A stretch of 63,940 bases of DNA, filler included, from Octopus bimaculoides (lineage: Eukaryota): assembly GCF_001194135.2 (NCBI RefSeq). It is 3 parts of 3 records of this genome, joined end to end, with 100 filler letters (N's around TTAATTAATTAA, not from the genome) between each part and the next. Parts side by side here need not be neighbours in the genome. Positions count along the whole stretch, not along the records: positions 55,037 to 63,940 come from NC_069004.1; 2 more parts are not named here. The stretch is one strand, 5' to 3'. A model generated the notes under the pieces. That model did not search any database and was not told the origin of the DNA. It was given only the letters and a program-made list of their open reading frames with translations. Below are positions 63,137-63,940 of the stretch, piece after piece. Position numbers and translations under genes: made by a program. The stretch's first letter is position 1. The number at the start of each line of letters is the position of its first letter.

Positions 63137-63714
63137 CTCTTTTACTTGTGTCAGTCTTTTGACTGCGGCCATGCTGGATCACCGCCTTTAGTCGAGCAAA
63201 TCGACCCCAGGACTTATTCTTTGGAGGCTTAGTACTTATTCTATCGGTCTCTTTTGCCGAACCGCTAATTTACGGGGACGTAAACACACCAGCATCGGTT
63301 GTCAAGTGATGTTGGTGGGACAAACACAGACACACAAACATACACACACACACACACATGTATATATATANNNNNNNNNNNNNNNNNNNNNNNNNNNNNN
63401 NNNNNNNNNNNNNNNNNNNNNNNNNNNNNNNNNNNNNNNNNNNNNNNNNNNNNNNNNNNNNNNNNNNNNNNNNNNNNNNNNNNNNNNNNNNNNNNNNNNN
63501 NNNNNNNNNNNNNNNNNNNNNNNNNNNNNNNNNNNNNNNNNNNNNNNNNNNACGACGGGCTTCTTTCAGTTTCCGTCTACCAAATCCACTCACAAGGCTT
63601 TGGCCGACCCGAGACTATAGTAGAAGACACTTGCCCAAGGTGGAACGCAGTGAAACCGAACCCTGAACCATGTGATTGGGAAGTAAGCTACTTACCACAC
63701 AGTCATGCCTGCGC
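63137..63714 (-). mobile_element. Full-length SINE family A
   Basis: Reverse complement of 56068-56665. Confidence 0.9.
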
Positions 63715-63760
63715 ATGTCTTATACACATAAATTTATGTTTGTATTTACACACACATATC

Positions 63761-63815
<55 letters not shown>

Positions 63816-63940
63816 TTATCTATCTATGCACACGTACATATATATATATGTGCATGGATACACTCAGACACCTACTAATAATAATGCTGTTATCATCCTC
63901 AGCACTAACGGAAAGCAGATAAGGATAATCAGGCAGCATG

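Overview
AT-rich, gap-ridden animal draft-assembly DNA with no intact protein-coding gene, rRNA, tRNA gene or CRISPR array. Almost all ORFs in the supplied track are microsatellite or N-gap artefacts. The repeat families (tRNA-headed SINEs with an internal (TA)n(TG)n tract, a PHD-bearing RTE LINE, abundant (CATA)n) look like those of Octopus; that is an inference from recalled repeat content, not a database result. The window is an intron or intergenic graveyard of decayed mobile elements. Non-LTR elements: R4/Dong-clade REL elements, two RTE families, CR1 and Penelope-like elements (PLE). DNA elements: Tc1 (DD34E), mariner, Merlin, Helitron, hAT- and piggyBac-type MITEs and a foldback element. 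There are also three SINE families, a 23-bp minisatellite and a ~2.7-kb tandem duplication. The most interesting signals are not in the ORF track. (1) At least five hammerhead-ribozyme folds of different families, including a near-canonical type I motif inside a 139-nt hairpin at 41340-41478 and a G3:C8 compensatory-swap variant at 50561-50611. (2) An R4-clade retrotransposon lineage whose four fragments all sit in (CATA)n in the same relative orientation, next to a (TAA)n-associated Dong-like relative. (3) A ~635-bp foldback built from SINE pieces. (4) Several unverified small exon candidates, including one duplicated exon with a frame-preserving indel.
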